Shown here one piece after another: positions 37,832-47,707 of a stretch of 64,000 bases of DNA. This DNA comes from an uncultured Christensenellaceae bacterium (GTDB lineage: Bacteria; Bacillota; Clostridia; Christensenellales; UBA3700): contig CALWKS010000005.1 of the NCBI GenBank assembly GCA_944381325.1, forward strand, positions 38,827 through 102,826, given 5' to 3'. How positions within the stretch are numbered: the first letter of the stretch is position 1; each line of letters begins with the position of its first letter. Below the pieces are notes generated by a model. The model made no database searches and was not told the DNA's origin. It worked only from the letters and a program-made list of their open reading frames with translations. The position numbers and the translations under genes were made by a program.

Positions 37832-38091
37832 ATAATCTCCTCCGCAGAAAAAAGATATTAAAATTATAGCACAACGCAAAAATTATGTCATTTATTTGAA
37901 AGGGGTTGAAAGGCATAAAAAAATATTTTTTTTGAGCAGGTCTTGAAGGGTAAAAAAGGATGTGCATTATAGGTATTTTTTGCAGAAAATGTCTTGCGGC
38001 AGGTGCAGATATTATGATAATATTATTAGTAAAGAATTTACAGGCGCGTACGCGCTCTAACATCGCGCTATCTGCGCGCACGAGGATTTTT

Positions 38092-39153
38092 ATGGACAAA
38101 GTTTATCTGATTCTTGAAAACGGAGACAAGTTTGAAGGCTACGGCGTCGGCGCTTCCGGCGAGGTGATCGGAGAGGTTGTTTTCACAACTTCTATGGGCG
38201 GTTATCTTGAGACGGTCGCAGACCCCACTTATGCAGGACAAATAGTCGTGCAGACCTTTCCTCTGATAGGAAATTACGGCGATATTCCTGAAGATTACGA
38301 TGAAAAATCGATATCTCTTGCAGGCTACGTATGCCGCGAGATATGCGACGATCCGTCTAATTTCCGCTGCAAAGGAAAGTTTGCGGATATGCTTGAAAGA
38401 AACGGCGTCGTTACGATCGCGGGCGTTGATACCCGCCGTCTTACAAAGGCGATAAGAGAGAACGGCGTTATGAACGGCATAATCACGAAGAATGCCGATA
38501 TAGACGCCGCTACGATGAAGAAAGTCAGAGAATACCGCATAAAAGACGCGGTTGCAAAGACTTCCTGCAAGAGCGTTGAAACTTTCGGCGACGGGGACAA
38601 AAACATTGCTGTGGTCGACTACGGCGAGAGCGCTAATCTCGTGAACGAATTCGTAAAACGCGGCTTTAAAGTTACGCGTTTCCCTCACGACAGCAAGGCA
38701 GAAGAAGTGCTTGAATGCAAGCCTTCAGGCATAGTGCTTTCAAACGGCGCGGGCGATCCTTCGGAATGCAAGGCTGAAGCTGTCGAGGCGGACAAGCTTC
38801 TCAAGTCAGGCATACCTATGCTGGCTGTAAGCCTCGGTCATCAGATACTCGCTCTTTCTCAGGGAGGCAAGACTTACAAGCTCAAGTACGGTCACCGCGG
38901 AGGAAATCAGCCTGTAAAAGAAACTTTCGGAGAAAGAATATTCATAACTTCGCAGAATCACGGATATGCAGTTGACAACAACGCGATCCCGGAGGGCGCT
39001 AAGCTGCTTTACGTCAACGCAAACGACGGCACTTGTGAAGGTCTCGTTTACAAGAACGCTGTATCCGTTCAGTTCCACCCCGAGGAGTGCGGCGGACCTC
39101 TGGATACTCAGTTCATCATTGAAAACTTTATCGCTAAGACGGAGGAGAAATAA
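38092..39153 (+). CDS. carA: Carbamoyl-phosphate synthase small (glutaminase) subunit
   Basis: Start at 38092 is preferred to 37960. FTTSMGGYLETVADPTYAGQIV, and the triad region AVSLGHQILAL ... QFHPE. Confidence 0.9.
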   Translation: MDKVYLILENGDKFEGYGVGASGEVIGEVVFTTSMGGYLETVADPTYAGQIVVQTFPLIGNYGDIPEDYDEKSISLAGYVCREICDDPSNFRCKGKFADMLERNGVVTIAGVDTRRLTKAIRENGVMNGIITKNADIDAATMKKVREYRIKDAVAKTSCKSVETFGDGDKNIAVVDYGESANLVNEFVKRGFKVTRFPHDSKAEEVLECKPSGIVLSNGAGDPSECKAEAVEADKLLKSGIPMLAVSLGHQILALSQGGKTYKLKYGHRGGNQPVKETFGERIFITSQNHGYAVDNNAIPEGAKLLYVNANDGTCEGLVYKNAVSVQFHPEECGGPLDTQFIIENFIAKTEEK

Positions 39154-39155
39154 TA

Positions 39156-42100
39156 ATGCCACTCAATAAAGACATACACAAGGTAATGGTTATAGGCTCG
39201 GGTCCTATCGTCATAGGACAGGCGGCAGAATTCGACTATGCAGGCACTCAGGCGTGCCGCGCGCTCAAAGCCGACGGACTCGAGGTCGTTCTCGTAAACT
39301 CCAACCCTGCGACCATAATGACGGACAATGCGGTTGCTGACAGAATTTATATAGAGCCGCTCACTCTCAATACCGTCAAGAGAATTATAGAGAAAGAACG
39401 CCCTGACAGCCTTTTGTCCACTATGGGCGGACAGAACGGTCTTACTCTTTCGATGCAGCTTGCAAAAGAAGGCTTCCTCGACAAGATGGGCGTTAAGCTC
39501 CTCGGCGCAAAGCCCGAGACTATCGACCGCGCAGAGGACAGACAGGCGTTCAAGGATACGCTTGCAGAAATCAATCAGCCCGTCATTCCTTCTGAAGTCG
39601 TAAACGATATCGAATCTGCAAAAAGAGTAGCAAAGAAAATAGGCTATCCCGTTATCATCAGACCTGCATTCACGCTGGGCGGTACAGGCGGCGGTATTGC
39701 GGGCAATGAAGAGGAATTCGAAGAAATCGCCGAAGGCGGTCTCAGAAGTTCACCGATACACCAGATCCTCGTAGAGAAGTGCATAAGCGGCTGGAAAGAG
39801 ATCGAATTCGAGGTCATGCGCGACAGCAAGGGCAACTGCATCACGATATGCTCGATGGAAAACGTCGACCCCGTAGGCGTGCATACAGGCGACAGTATAG
39901 TCGTTGCTCCTACCGTTACGCTTGCGGAAAAAGAATTCCAGATGCTGAGAAGCGCGGCTCTCGACATAGTCGATGCTCTTGAAGTCGAGGGCGGCTGCAA
40001 CGTTCAGTTTGCGCTCAAGCCTGACAGCTTCGAATATGCGGTCATCGAGGTCAACCCCCGCGTTTCGCGTTCTTCAGCACTCGCTTCAAAGGCCACAGGT
40101 TATCCCATAGCAAAAGTTGCGACAAAGATTGCTATAGGTTACACTCTTGACGAGATCCTCAATGCGGTTACCGGTACGACTTACGCGTGCTTCGAGCCCT
40201 CTATAGACTACCTTGTAGTTAAGTTCCCCAAGTGGCCTTTCGACAAGTTCTTCTACGCAAGCCGTAAGCTTGGCACTCAGATGAAGGCAACGGGCGAAGT
40301 TATGAGCATAGGCACGTCTTTTGAGCAAGCTATACTCAAGGCTGTAAGAGGCGCAGAGATATCTCACGACACTCTGAACAGCGAGAAGTTTATCGCAATG
40401 ACGGACGCTGAGCTTTCAGAAAAGCTCAACGACTGCGACGACGAAAGAATTTTTGCTGTCTACGAAGCGCTTAAGAGAGGCTTCTCCGTTGACGAAATTT
40501 ACAACAAGACCAAGATCGACAAGTGGTTTTTGAACAAATACCTCAATCTTGTCAGAATGGAAAGACGCCTCGCAAGCGAGCCGCTTACAGACGAGCTCTA
40601 TCTGCAGGCAAAGAAGATGGGCTATCTTGACAAGACTATCGAAAGCTTCAGCAAGGACAAAATAAAGAACAAGCGTTACGCTTCGTACAAGATGGTAGAT
40701 ACCTGCGCGGCGGAGTTCAGCGCTGAAACCCCGTATTTCTATTCGACTTACGACGATGAAAACGAGGCTCTCGAATTCCTTGAAAACAATAAGACCGACA
40801 AAAAGCGTATCGTCGTTTTCGGCAGCGGTCCTATCAGAATAGGTCAGGGTATCGAGTTCGACTACGCATCTGTTCACTGCGTGTGGGCGCTTAAGGAAAA
40901 AGGATACGAAGTCGTTATAGTCAACAACAACCCTGAAACCGTTTCTACAGACTTCGACACTGCGGACAGACTTTATTTCGAGCCGCTTACCAACGAAGAC
41001 GTTCTCAGCATACTGAACACAGAAAAGCCTTACGGCGTAGTGGTCGCGTTCGGCGGACAGACGGCAATAAAGCTCACCAAGATGCTCAGAGAAAAGAATA
41101 TCAGAATTCTCGGCACTCAGGCTGAATATATCGACATGGCAGAGGACAGAGAGAAGTTTGACGAACTGCTTGAAAGACTGGATATCAAACGTCCGAAGGG
41201 CTTTACCGTCATGACCAAGGAAGAAGCTCTCAAGGTTGCCAACGAGATAGGCTATCCCACGCTTCTGCGCCCGTCCTACGTTCTCGGCGGTCAGAACATG
41301 ACTGTATGCTACAGCGACGACGACGTAAAAGAGTATATGGACGTCATTCTTGCTCAGGGCATTGAAAACCCCGTGCTTATCGATAAATACCTCATGGGTA
41401 AAGAACTCGAGATCGACGCTATCTGCGACGGCGAAGACATTCTTATCCCCGGCATTATGCAGCACGTTGAAAGAACGGGTATTCACTCCGGCGACTCTAT
41501 CGCGGTATATCCTGCATGGAACCTGGGCGACGAAATGACAGAGCGCATCGTTGACTGCTCAAAGCGTCTTGCGGTATCTCTGCATACTGTCGGTCTTGTA
41601 AATATCCAGTATCTTATCTATAAGAACGAGCTGTACGTTATCGAGGTCAACCCCAGATCCAGCCGTACAATTCCTTACCTCAGCAAGGTAACCGGCGTAC
41701 CCATGGTAGACCTTGCTACCCGCGCTATCCTGGGTGAAAAGCTTAAGGATATGGGTTACGGAACGGGTCTTTATCCCAACTCGCCGTACGTAGCGGTAAA
41801 AGTCCCCGTATTCTCGTTTGAAAAACTCACAAACGTAGATACTCAGCTCGGACCTGAAATGAAGTCTACGGGCGAAGTTCTCGGCATAGCGGGTACTCTT
41901 GAAGAAGCTCTGTTCAAAGGACTTGTCGCAGCAGGCTACAAGATGAAGAAAAAAGGCGGAATATTCATTACCGTAAGAGATCAGGACAAGAGCGAAATAG
42001 GTGAAATAGCTCAGAAATTCGAGGATCTCGGCTACACGCTTTACGCTACGGCAGGCACCGCAAAAGTGATAAGAGACCTCGGAATGGACGTTATCGTCGT

Positions 42101-43196
42101 TGACAAGATCCACCAGAATCACGTAAACAACAACCTTACGCTTATCGAGAGCGGCAAGGTAAATTATATCATATCCACGTCTTCAAAAGGCAAGCTGCCG
42201 ACGCGCGACAGCGTAAAGATAAGACGTAAGGCGGTTGAAAGAGCCATCCCGTGTCTTACTTCCATCGATACTGCAAATGCGGTTGCAAACAGCCTTATGA
42301 GCAGATATTCAGAGTTCAATACTGAGCTTGTGGATATCAACAAACTGCGCAAGGGTAAGACAATAAGAAAGTTCACCAAGATGCACGGTTGCGGCAACGA
42401 CTATATCTGCTTTAACTGCCTTGAAAATCCGATAGACAGCCCTGAAATGCTGGCTATAAGACTGTCAGACAGATATACGGGTATAGGCGGCGAAGGCGTA
42501 ATCCTCATCCTGCCTTCAAAGAGTGCGGACGCAAAGATGAGAATGTTCAATCTTGACGGCACTGAAGGCGAAATGTCGGGCAACGGCATAAGATGCGTGG
42601 CAAAATACCTTTACGACAACAATATCGTACGCAAGCGTGAATTCACCGTTGAAACGATATCGGGATTTAAAGAAATCAGCATAAAGACAGAAAAGGGCGA
42701 AGCGACTTACATCACTGTAAATATGGGCGCTCCAGAGCTGGATGCGGCAAAGATCCCCGCTAAGGCTGAAGGAAAGATTATAGGCAAAAAGTACACGGTA
42801 GACGGTGTTGAATACGACATCACCTGCGTAAATATGGGCAATCCTCACTGCGTCGTAATGCTTAAGCATCTTGACCGTTTCGACGTCAACAAGGTGGGCA
42901 GCGCGTTTGAAAACGATCCGCTTTTCCCTGAAAGGATCAATACCGAGTTCGTAAAAGTTCTCGACGATCACACCCTGAAAATGAGAGTGTGGGAGAGAGG
43001 CAGCGGTGAGACCAGATCCTGCGGTACGGGTGCGTGTGCGGCGGTTGTTGCGGCGGTCGAGAACGGTTTGTGTCCCAAGGACGAAGAGATCACCGTAAAA
43101 CAACTCGGAGGCGATCTTACCGTACGTTACACTGACGGAACGGTGTATATGACAGGCACTGCAGTCAAGATATTTGACGGTGAAATCGAGATCTGA
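39156..43196 (+). CDS. carB: Carbamoyl-phosphate synthase large subunit fused in-frame to diaminopimelate epimerase (CarB ~1-1070; DapF ~1070-1346)
   Basis: Two ATP-grasp halves (VIGSGPIVIGQAAEFDYAG; VFGSGPIRIGQGIEFDYA) and an MGS-like domain. With no stop, the frame continues into FTKMHGCGNDYICF...GNGIRC...NMGNPHCV...ERGSGETRSCGTGACA, which are the DapF catalytic Cys motifs. Confidence 0.85.
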   Translation: MPLNKDIHKVMVIGSGPIVIGQAAEFDYAGTQACRALKADGLEVVLVNSNPATIMTDNAVADRIYIEPLTLNTVKRIIEKERPDSLLSTMGGQNGLTLSMQLAKEGFLDKMGVKLLGAKPETIDRAEDRQAFKDTLAEINQPVIPSEVVNDIESAKRVAKKIGYPVIIRPAFTLGGTGGGIAGNEEEFEEIAEGGLRSSPIHQILVEKCISGWKEIEFEVMRDSKGNCITICSMENVDPVGVHTGDSIVVAPTVTLAEKEFQMLRSAALDIVDALEVEGGCNVQFALKPDSFEYAVIEVNPRVSRSSALASKATGYPIAKVATKIAIGYTLDEILNAVTGTTYACFEPSIDYLVVKFPKWPFDKFFYASRKLGTQMKATGEVMSIGTSFEQAILKAVRGAEISHDTLNSEKFIAMTDAELSEKLNDCDDERIFAVYEALKRGFSVDEIYNKTKIDKWFLNKYLNLVRMERRLASEPLTDELYLQAKKMGYLDKTIESFSKDKIKNKRYASYKMVDTCAAEFSAETPYFYSTYDDENEALEFLENNKTDKKRIVVFGSGPIRIGQGIEFDYASVHCVWALKEKGYEVVIVNNNPETVSTDFDTADRLYFEPLTNEDVLSILNTEKPYGVVVAFGGQTAIKLTKMLREKNIRILGTQAEYIDMAEDREKFDELLERLDIKRPKGFTVMTKEEALKVANEIGYPTLLRPSYVLGGQNMTVCYSDDDVKEYMDVILAQGIENPVLIDKYLMGKELEIDAICDGEDILIPGIMQHVERTGIHSGDSIAVYPAWNLGDEMTERIVDCSKRLAVSLHTVGLVNIQYLIYKNELYVIEVNPRSSRTIPYLSKVTGVPMVDLATRAILGEKLKDMGYGTGLYPNSPYVAVKVPVFSFEKLTNVDTQLGPEMKSTGEVLGIAGTLEEALFKGLVAAGYKMKKKGGIFITVRDQDKSEIGEIAQKFEDLGYTLYATAGTAKVIRDLGMDVIVVDKIHQNHVNNNLTLIESGKVNYIISTSSKGKLPTRDSVKIRRKAVERAIPCLTSIDTANAVANSLMSRYSEFNTELVDINKLRKGKTIRKFTKMHGCGNDYICFNCLENPIDSPEMLAIRLSDRYTGIGGEGVILILPSKSADAKMRMFNLDGTEGEMSGNGIRCVAKYLYDNNIVRKREFTVETISGFKEISIKTEKGEATYITVNMGAPELDAAKIPAKAEGKIIGKKYTVDGVEYDITCVNMGNPHCVVMLKHLDRFDVNKVGSAFENDPLFPERINTEFVKVLDDHTLKMRVWERGSGETRSCGTGACAAVVAAVENGLCPKDEEITVKQLGGDLTVRYTDGTVYMTGTAVKIFDGEIEI

Positions 43197-43284
43197 TAAA
43201 GGCAGAAAACTCTGTACTTATTGAGAAAAACGGCAGATCGATTCAAAAATATGCCTTAAAATCAAATGCAATTAATTAGCGGAT

Positions 43285-43311
43285 ACGCGGAGCTGAAAAG
43301 CTCCGCGTTTT
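43285..43311 (+). terminator. Rho-independent terminator of carA-carB/dapF
   Basis: acgcggagc-tgaaaa-gctccgcgt followed by TTT. Confidence 0.65.
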
Positions 43312-43374
43312 CAATGACTTAAACACAGAAAAGACGGAAATATGTGATAATAAAATCATTATAAATAGTCGGTA

Positions 43375-43404
43375 TTGACAAAAAAAACGTAAAAATGCTA
43401 AAAT
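43375..43404 (+). promoter_or_regulatory. Sigma-70 promoter (extended -10) of the macro-domain gene
   Basis: TTGACA, 18 nt, TGcTAAAAT. Confidence 0.55.
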
Positions 43405-43444
43405 TATATCACAAAATGACTCGTATGTTATAAAAGGGGTAAAA

Positions 43445-43960
43445 ATGAAAGACGTAAAAGTTTTGCTGGGGGATATCACGCTCAGCGATTGCGAATGTAT
43501 TGTAAACGCCGCCAACAGGTCTTTGCTTGGAGGTGGAGGAGTAGACGGCGCTATTCACCGTGCCGCGGGACCTGAACTTCTTGAAGAATGCAAATCGATA
43601 GGCGGTTGCAATACGGGAGAAGCAAAGATAACGAGGGGCTACAATCTCAAAGCTGAATACGTAATACATACAGTAGGCCCGATTTACAGCGGCTCTGAAA
43701 AGGACGCGGAGCTTCTGGGAAAGTGTTATCTCAACTCACTTGATCTTGCGAAAGAGCACGGACTGCACAGCATAGCTTTTCCCGCGCTCTCTACGGGAGT
43801 GTACGGCTATCCGCCTGAAAAGGCGACAAAAATAGCTGTGGACGCAGTAAGGCAGTGGAAAGAAAACAATAAGGGATATCAGATGAAGATAGACTTCTAC
43901 TGTTTTTCGGAGAGAATGTATGCTCAGTATATTCTTACGCTTAAAAATACTAATTATTGA
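43445..43960 (+). CDS. Macro-domain protein (O-acetyl-ADP-ribose deacetylase, YmdB-like)
   Basis: [31 protein letters not shown] and [14 protein letters not shown]. Confidence 0.85.
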   Translation: MKDVKVLLGDITLSDCECIVNAANRSLLGGGGVDGAIHRAAGPELLEECKSIGGCNTGEAKITRGYNLKAEYVIHTVGPIYSGSEKDAELLGKCYLNSLDLAKEHGLHSIAFPALSTGVYGYPPEKATKIAVDAVRQWKENNKGYQMKIDFYCFSERMYAQYILTLKNTNY

Positions 43961-44046
43961 AACTGTTTTTGTTCGTGAGATAATTTCAATTTGTGTTTTA
44001 TTTTAATACTTAAGCACACAGTGCAGATGTTTAAATGTCATCTGTA

Positions 44047-44083
44047 GAAAAAGCGCGTATCGGGTTTAAGATACGCGCTTTTG
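44047..44083. terminator. Bidirectional rho-independent terminator
   Basis: agcgcgtatc-gggtttaa-gatacgcgct flanked by AAAAA and TTTT, between convergent genes. Confidence 0.6.
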
Positions 44084-44109
44084 TAATAGTTCTGCTATTT
44101 TTGATTCAA

Positions 44110-45867
44110 TCAGATGGTTGTGCTGTCTTCAGTAGTTGAGTCAGCAGCGGCTTCAAGTTCTTCGACGGGAGCTTCTTCGTTCTCGACGATAAGTCCCATT
44201 TCTTTTACCTGTTCAGCCGTTACCATACCAAGTTCCATAGCTTCCTTGACGTCTTCCTGAGTGAATTTGTTTTCGTCAAGTTTATTCTGAATCGCGCGCA
44301 TTTTGATTTCTTTTGTCATCTCAAGCTGACGCTTTTCAGTAAGATCCCAGAAAAAGAACGGGATCATAGCCAGTATGCCGCAAACTACACCGAGGATTGC
44401 CCACATTATGAAGACTTTCTGCATTATTTCAGGGTTTTCGTATGAAACAGAATCCTTTGCACCCAGCTTGATGAGTATTTCAGATACGAGAAGTCCGGTA
44501 AACATACCGCAAACCGTGGTAAATACCTGCGTGTACTGAGACATATATCCGTCAAGACGGTCGCCTGTTTTCCACTGTTGATATTCGCAATAGTCTGCAG
44601 TCATTGCGGGGGAAGTAACTGTCCACAACGCCGCGAATATGTTGTGCAGGAAGATGCCGACAAATATGAGGTAAGGAGTTGCCGCGCTATTATATGCGAA
44701 CATTACAAGGAACATGATAAACAATGAGATCAGCGACGAACCCATGAAAGACAACAATGTCATCTTTTTCTTGCCCAGGTATTTCTGGATTATCGGTGAG
44801 AACAACATTCCGGGCACAAATCCGACAGCCATAAGAGTGGGGATTATTCCGCGAAGGTTTCCGCCGAGAGTACCGCCTATCATATATGCGCATACGTAGT
44901 TTACAGAAGCAAATATAAGCAGTCTGCCGAATGCAAGAACGTTGGAGATGTTGAATATCCAGAAATATTTGTTTTTAAAGCTCTTTATGATACCGCCGAT
45001 GAAGCTTACTTTTTGTTTGACTTTCTTTTCCTGGATTATACGTTCTTTTGTGCCGAAGAACATGATAAGAGCCACCGCAACACAGATACAGCCCATGATG
45101 GGGAATATTACCTGGTATGTAAGTATGTTTTCCATACCGAAACCAAGCCCTGCTTCTTTGATCTGTTCTGCGGTCCAGTTGCCGTACTGATCCTTGAACA
45201 CAAGACCTTGCTGACCGTAAACGCCGTTAGCGATAAGAGGGAAGAGCATCTGAACGATAGAAGGTCCAAGCGAGTCGATAACACCGCCTACGGAGTATAG
45301 TTTTGTGCGTTCGTTGGTGTTGGGCGTAATGACCTGAGAGAGTCCGACTCTGCCGAATGAGAAGAAACTGTAAACGGTCAGAGCTATGAAATATATCAGC
45401 TGATAAGAGCCCACTACCAACCATTTTCGCGTCTCCGTGTAGGCTTCTCCCTCTCCCGGCATAAACAGATCGGGAATAAAGGCAAGCAACCAGAAACATG
45501 CGACGCTCAGAAGTCCGGTAAACAGCAGATAAGGACGGTATTTGCCCCATTTGGTTTCTGTGTTGTCGATTATCCAGCCCACGAGAGGAGCACGGAAAAG
45601 AGAGAGGAGCGCAACGACCCAGGTGGTGTAAAGTACGATTTGCTGATCGAAGTTGTAGACGTAGGCAAGGTGGACGCCCATGGAGATTGCAAAGTATTGG
45701 GTAAGAATACCCATACCTTGCACGCCCATGCCGCCGACCGCATACGCCATAAATTCTTTGTTGGAAAGGTAATAACCTTCTTTTGCAGGAGTATTCCAAT
45801 GAGCAAAGAAATCTTTGATCAGGAATCCCGCTTTCTGAAAGACATTGGTTTTTGCTTTTTCAGTCAT
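44110..45867 (-). CDS. GPH/MFS-type cation symporter, last gene of the sialic-acid operon, with a ~90-aa acidic C-terminal tail
   Basis: About 12 TM segments, with GPH-like N-terminus YLSNKEFMAYAVGGMG. Located in the nan cluster. Confidence 0.7.
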   Translation of the reverse strand: MTEKAKTNVFQKAGFLIKDFFAHWNTPAKEGYYLSNKEFMAYAVGGMGVQGMGILTQYFAISMGVHLAYVYNFDQQIVLYTTWVVALLSLFRAPLVGWIIDNTETKWGKYRPYLLFTGLLSVACFWLLAFIPDLFMPGEGEAYTETRKWLVVGSYQLIYFIALTVYSFFSFGRVGLSQVITPNTNERTKLYSVGGVIDSLGPSIVQMLFPLIANGVYGQQGLVFKDQYGNWTAEQIKEAGLGFGMENILTYQVIFPIMGCICVAVALIMFFGTKERIIQEKKVKQKVSFIGGIIKSFKNKYFWIFNISNVLAFGRLLIFASVNYVCAYMIGGTLGGNLRGIIPTLMAVGFVPGMLFSPIIQKYLGKKKMTLLSFMGSSLISLFIMFLVMFAYNSAATPYLIFVGIFLHNIFAALWTVTSPAMTADYCEYQQWKTGDRLDGYMSQYTQVFTTVCGMFTGLLVSEILIKLGAKDSVSYENPEIMQKVFIMWAILGVVCGILAMIPFFFWDLTEKRQLEMTKEIKMRAIQNKLDENKFTQEDVKEAMELGMVTAEQVKEMGLIVENEEAPVEELEAAADSTTEDSTTI

Positions 45868-45904
45868 AAATTTCCCTTTATAAAAAATTAATATTGTTCC
45901 GCTA

Positions 45905-46795
45905 TTATGCTTTGGGGAACTGTTTTGCTACTTCTGCGAGCACTTTCTTGCCCTCTTCGGAGAGGGGGAGGAAAGGCTTGCGGCAACCGCCCATCTCTAT
46001 GCCGAGGCAGTCGAGTACGTACTTTTCGCTTGCAAATACGCCGTATTTGATAAGCACGTTGATTATCTCGTTCGCTTCGTTCTGAACGCGCTGAGCTTCT
46101 TTGATGTCGCCCTTCTTGAATGCGTTGTAGATAGCGATGAACTTTTCAGCCATGAAGTTGTAAGTGCTGCCGATGCCGCCGTCAGCGCCCATTGCGAGAC
46201 CGCCGAGGAACATTTCGTCAAAACCGTTGTAAACGATCGGGTCAGCTTTCATGGTCTTGAACTGCTGCAGAGCGTACATATCTGAAGTGGTGTGCTTGAT
46301 ACCGATGAACTTGTCGTTTGCCGCAAACATGTTTTCTGCGGTCTCCTTATCAAGAGAGAAGCCGTTTGCGCCGGGGAAGTTGTAAATGATCATCGGGATA
46401 TTAACGCTGGAAGCGATGTCGAAATAATACTGCTTGATAGCTTCTGTGCCGAACTTGAAGTAGTAGGGGGCAACAGCGCTTATCGCGTCGTAACCTGCCT
46501 TTTCAGCGGCTTTTGCCATCTCGATAGCGTGCTTTGTTGCGATCGTGCCGACATGAGCGATAAGAGTGGATTTGCCTTCGTTTGCTTCAGCGGCATAGTT
46601 GAACAGCGCGATTCTCTCTTCAATGGTAAGGAGAATGCCCTCACCGGTAGAACCGCCTACGTAGAAGCCGTTTACGCCTTTCTTGAGGTTGTATTTGACC
46701 AGTTTGTCAACTGAGGTTTTGTTTACGTTGCCGTCTTTGTCGAACGGGGTGAGTAATGCGGGCAGCACGCCCTTGAACTTGTTTTTGTCAGTCAT
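45905..46795 (-). CDS. nanA: N-acetylneuraminate lyase (DHDPS/NAL family)
   Basis: GVLPALLTPFDKDG, GFYVGGSTGE, and a Schiff-base Lys region (GIKHTTSD). Lies in the nan gene context. Confidence 0.85.
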   Translation of the reverse strand: MTDKNKFKGVLPALLTPFDKDGNVNKTSVDKLVKYNLKKGVNGFYVGGSTGEGILLTIEERIALFNYAAEANEGKSTLIAHVGTIATKHAIEMAKAAEKAGYDAISAVAPYYFKFGTEAIKQYYFDIASSVNIPMIIYNFPGANGFSLDKETAENMFAANDKFIGIKHTTSDMYALQQFKTMKADPIVYNGFDEMFLGGLAMGADGGIGSTYNFMAEKFIAIYNAFKKGDIKEAQRVQNEANEIINVLIKYGVFASEKYVLDCLGIEMGGCRKPFLPLSEEGKKVLAEVAKQFPKA

Positions 46796-46831
46796 TGGTA
46801 ATTCCTCCGATTAATGTGTTTATGTTGTTGA

Positions 46832-47707
46832 TTATTGGCTTTTAAAGATACCGCGCATTGCGGAATATGCCGCACCGAGAACGCCTGCCTTGTTGGCAAG
46901 TTTTGCGGGGCGGAGAGAGGTCTGAGCGCATTTGCCGCATTTTGAGACAAAGTCGTCCCACCACAGATTTTTTATTTCCACGACCCCGCCGCCGATCACG
47001 ACGTCATCGGGCGTATATTTTTCAATCGCGTATTCGACTACCGCGCGCATATTGTCAAAGAAATCTTCTTTGACTTTTGCGTATTTGCCTTCGGTAAATA
47101 CCAGAGATATGTCGTTCTGAGAAGAGTCGCGTTTAAGCGCGCTGGCAGAGACATACTGTTCTGCACAACCTCTGTTGCCGCATTTGCAGACAAAGCCGTT
47201 TTCGTGCAGGATAATGTGTCCAAGGTGAAGGTCTTCCACGCAGTCTGCGTTGAGGACTCCCGGCTTGACGAGGGCGCTGCCGAGTCCCGTGCCCAACGTC
47301 AGCACTACGTCGCGTCCGTCGGGATTGCCGCAGTAATGCTCGGCTATTGCCGCCGCCGTCGCGTCGTTGATTACCGTTGAAGGCAGAGAAAAAGTCTCTT
47401 TCAGGTCTTTGCAGAAGTCGTATCCCGTAAAGCCCGGAAGAGCGTCAGTCGCATAAGTTACCTTGCCGCTGTCCCAGTCTACGGTGCCAGCGGTAGCCAC
47501 GGCTATGCGGTCGCATCCGTGTTTTTCGATAAGGGCAGAAACCGACGCGTGAATATTTGCGCGTATTCTGTCAAAACCTTTCTGCGCTTCGGTGGGAACG
47601 AAAGAGAACGCGCCCAGTGCGTAGCTGTTGAGGTCTTCGGGATTTTCTACCGTTACTACGGCGGATTTTATCGTCGTACCGCCGACGTCCAGACAGGCGA
47701 TCTTCAC
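46832..47707 (-). CDS. nanK: ROK-family sugar kinase, probable N-acetylmannosamine kinase
   Basis: I prefer the GTG start at 47707, which overlaps the nanE stop (GTGA). ATP-binding motif LDVGGTTIK. ROK Zn motif CKCGNRGCAEQY. Confidence 0.75.
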   Translation of the reverse strand: MKIACLDVGGTTIKSAVVTVENPEDLNSYALGAFSFVPTEAQKGFDRIRANIHASVSALIEKHGCDRIAVATAGTVDWDSGKVTYATDALPGFTGYDFCKDLKETFSLPSTVINDATAAAIAEHYCGNPDGRDVVLTLGTGLGSALVKPGVLNADCVEDLHLGHIILHENGFVCKCGNRGCAEQYVSASALKRDSSQNDISLVFTEGKYAKVKEDFFDNMRAVVEYAIEKYTPDDVVIGGGVVEIKNLWWDDFVSKCGKCAQTSLRPAKLANKAGVLGAAYSAMRGIFKSQ

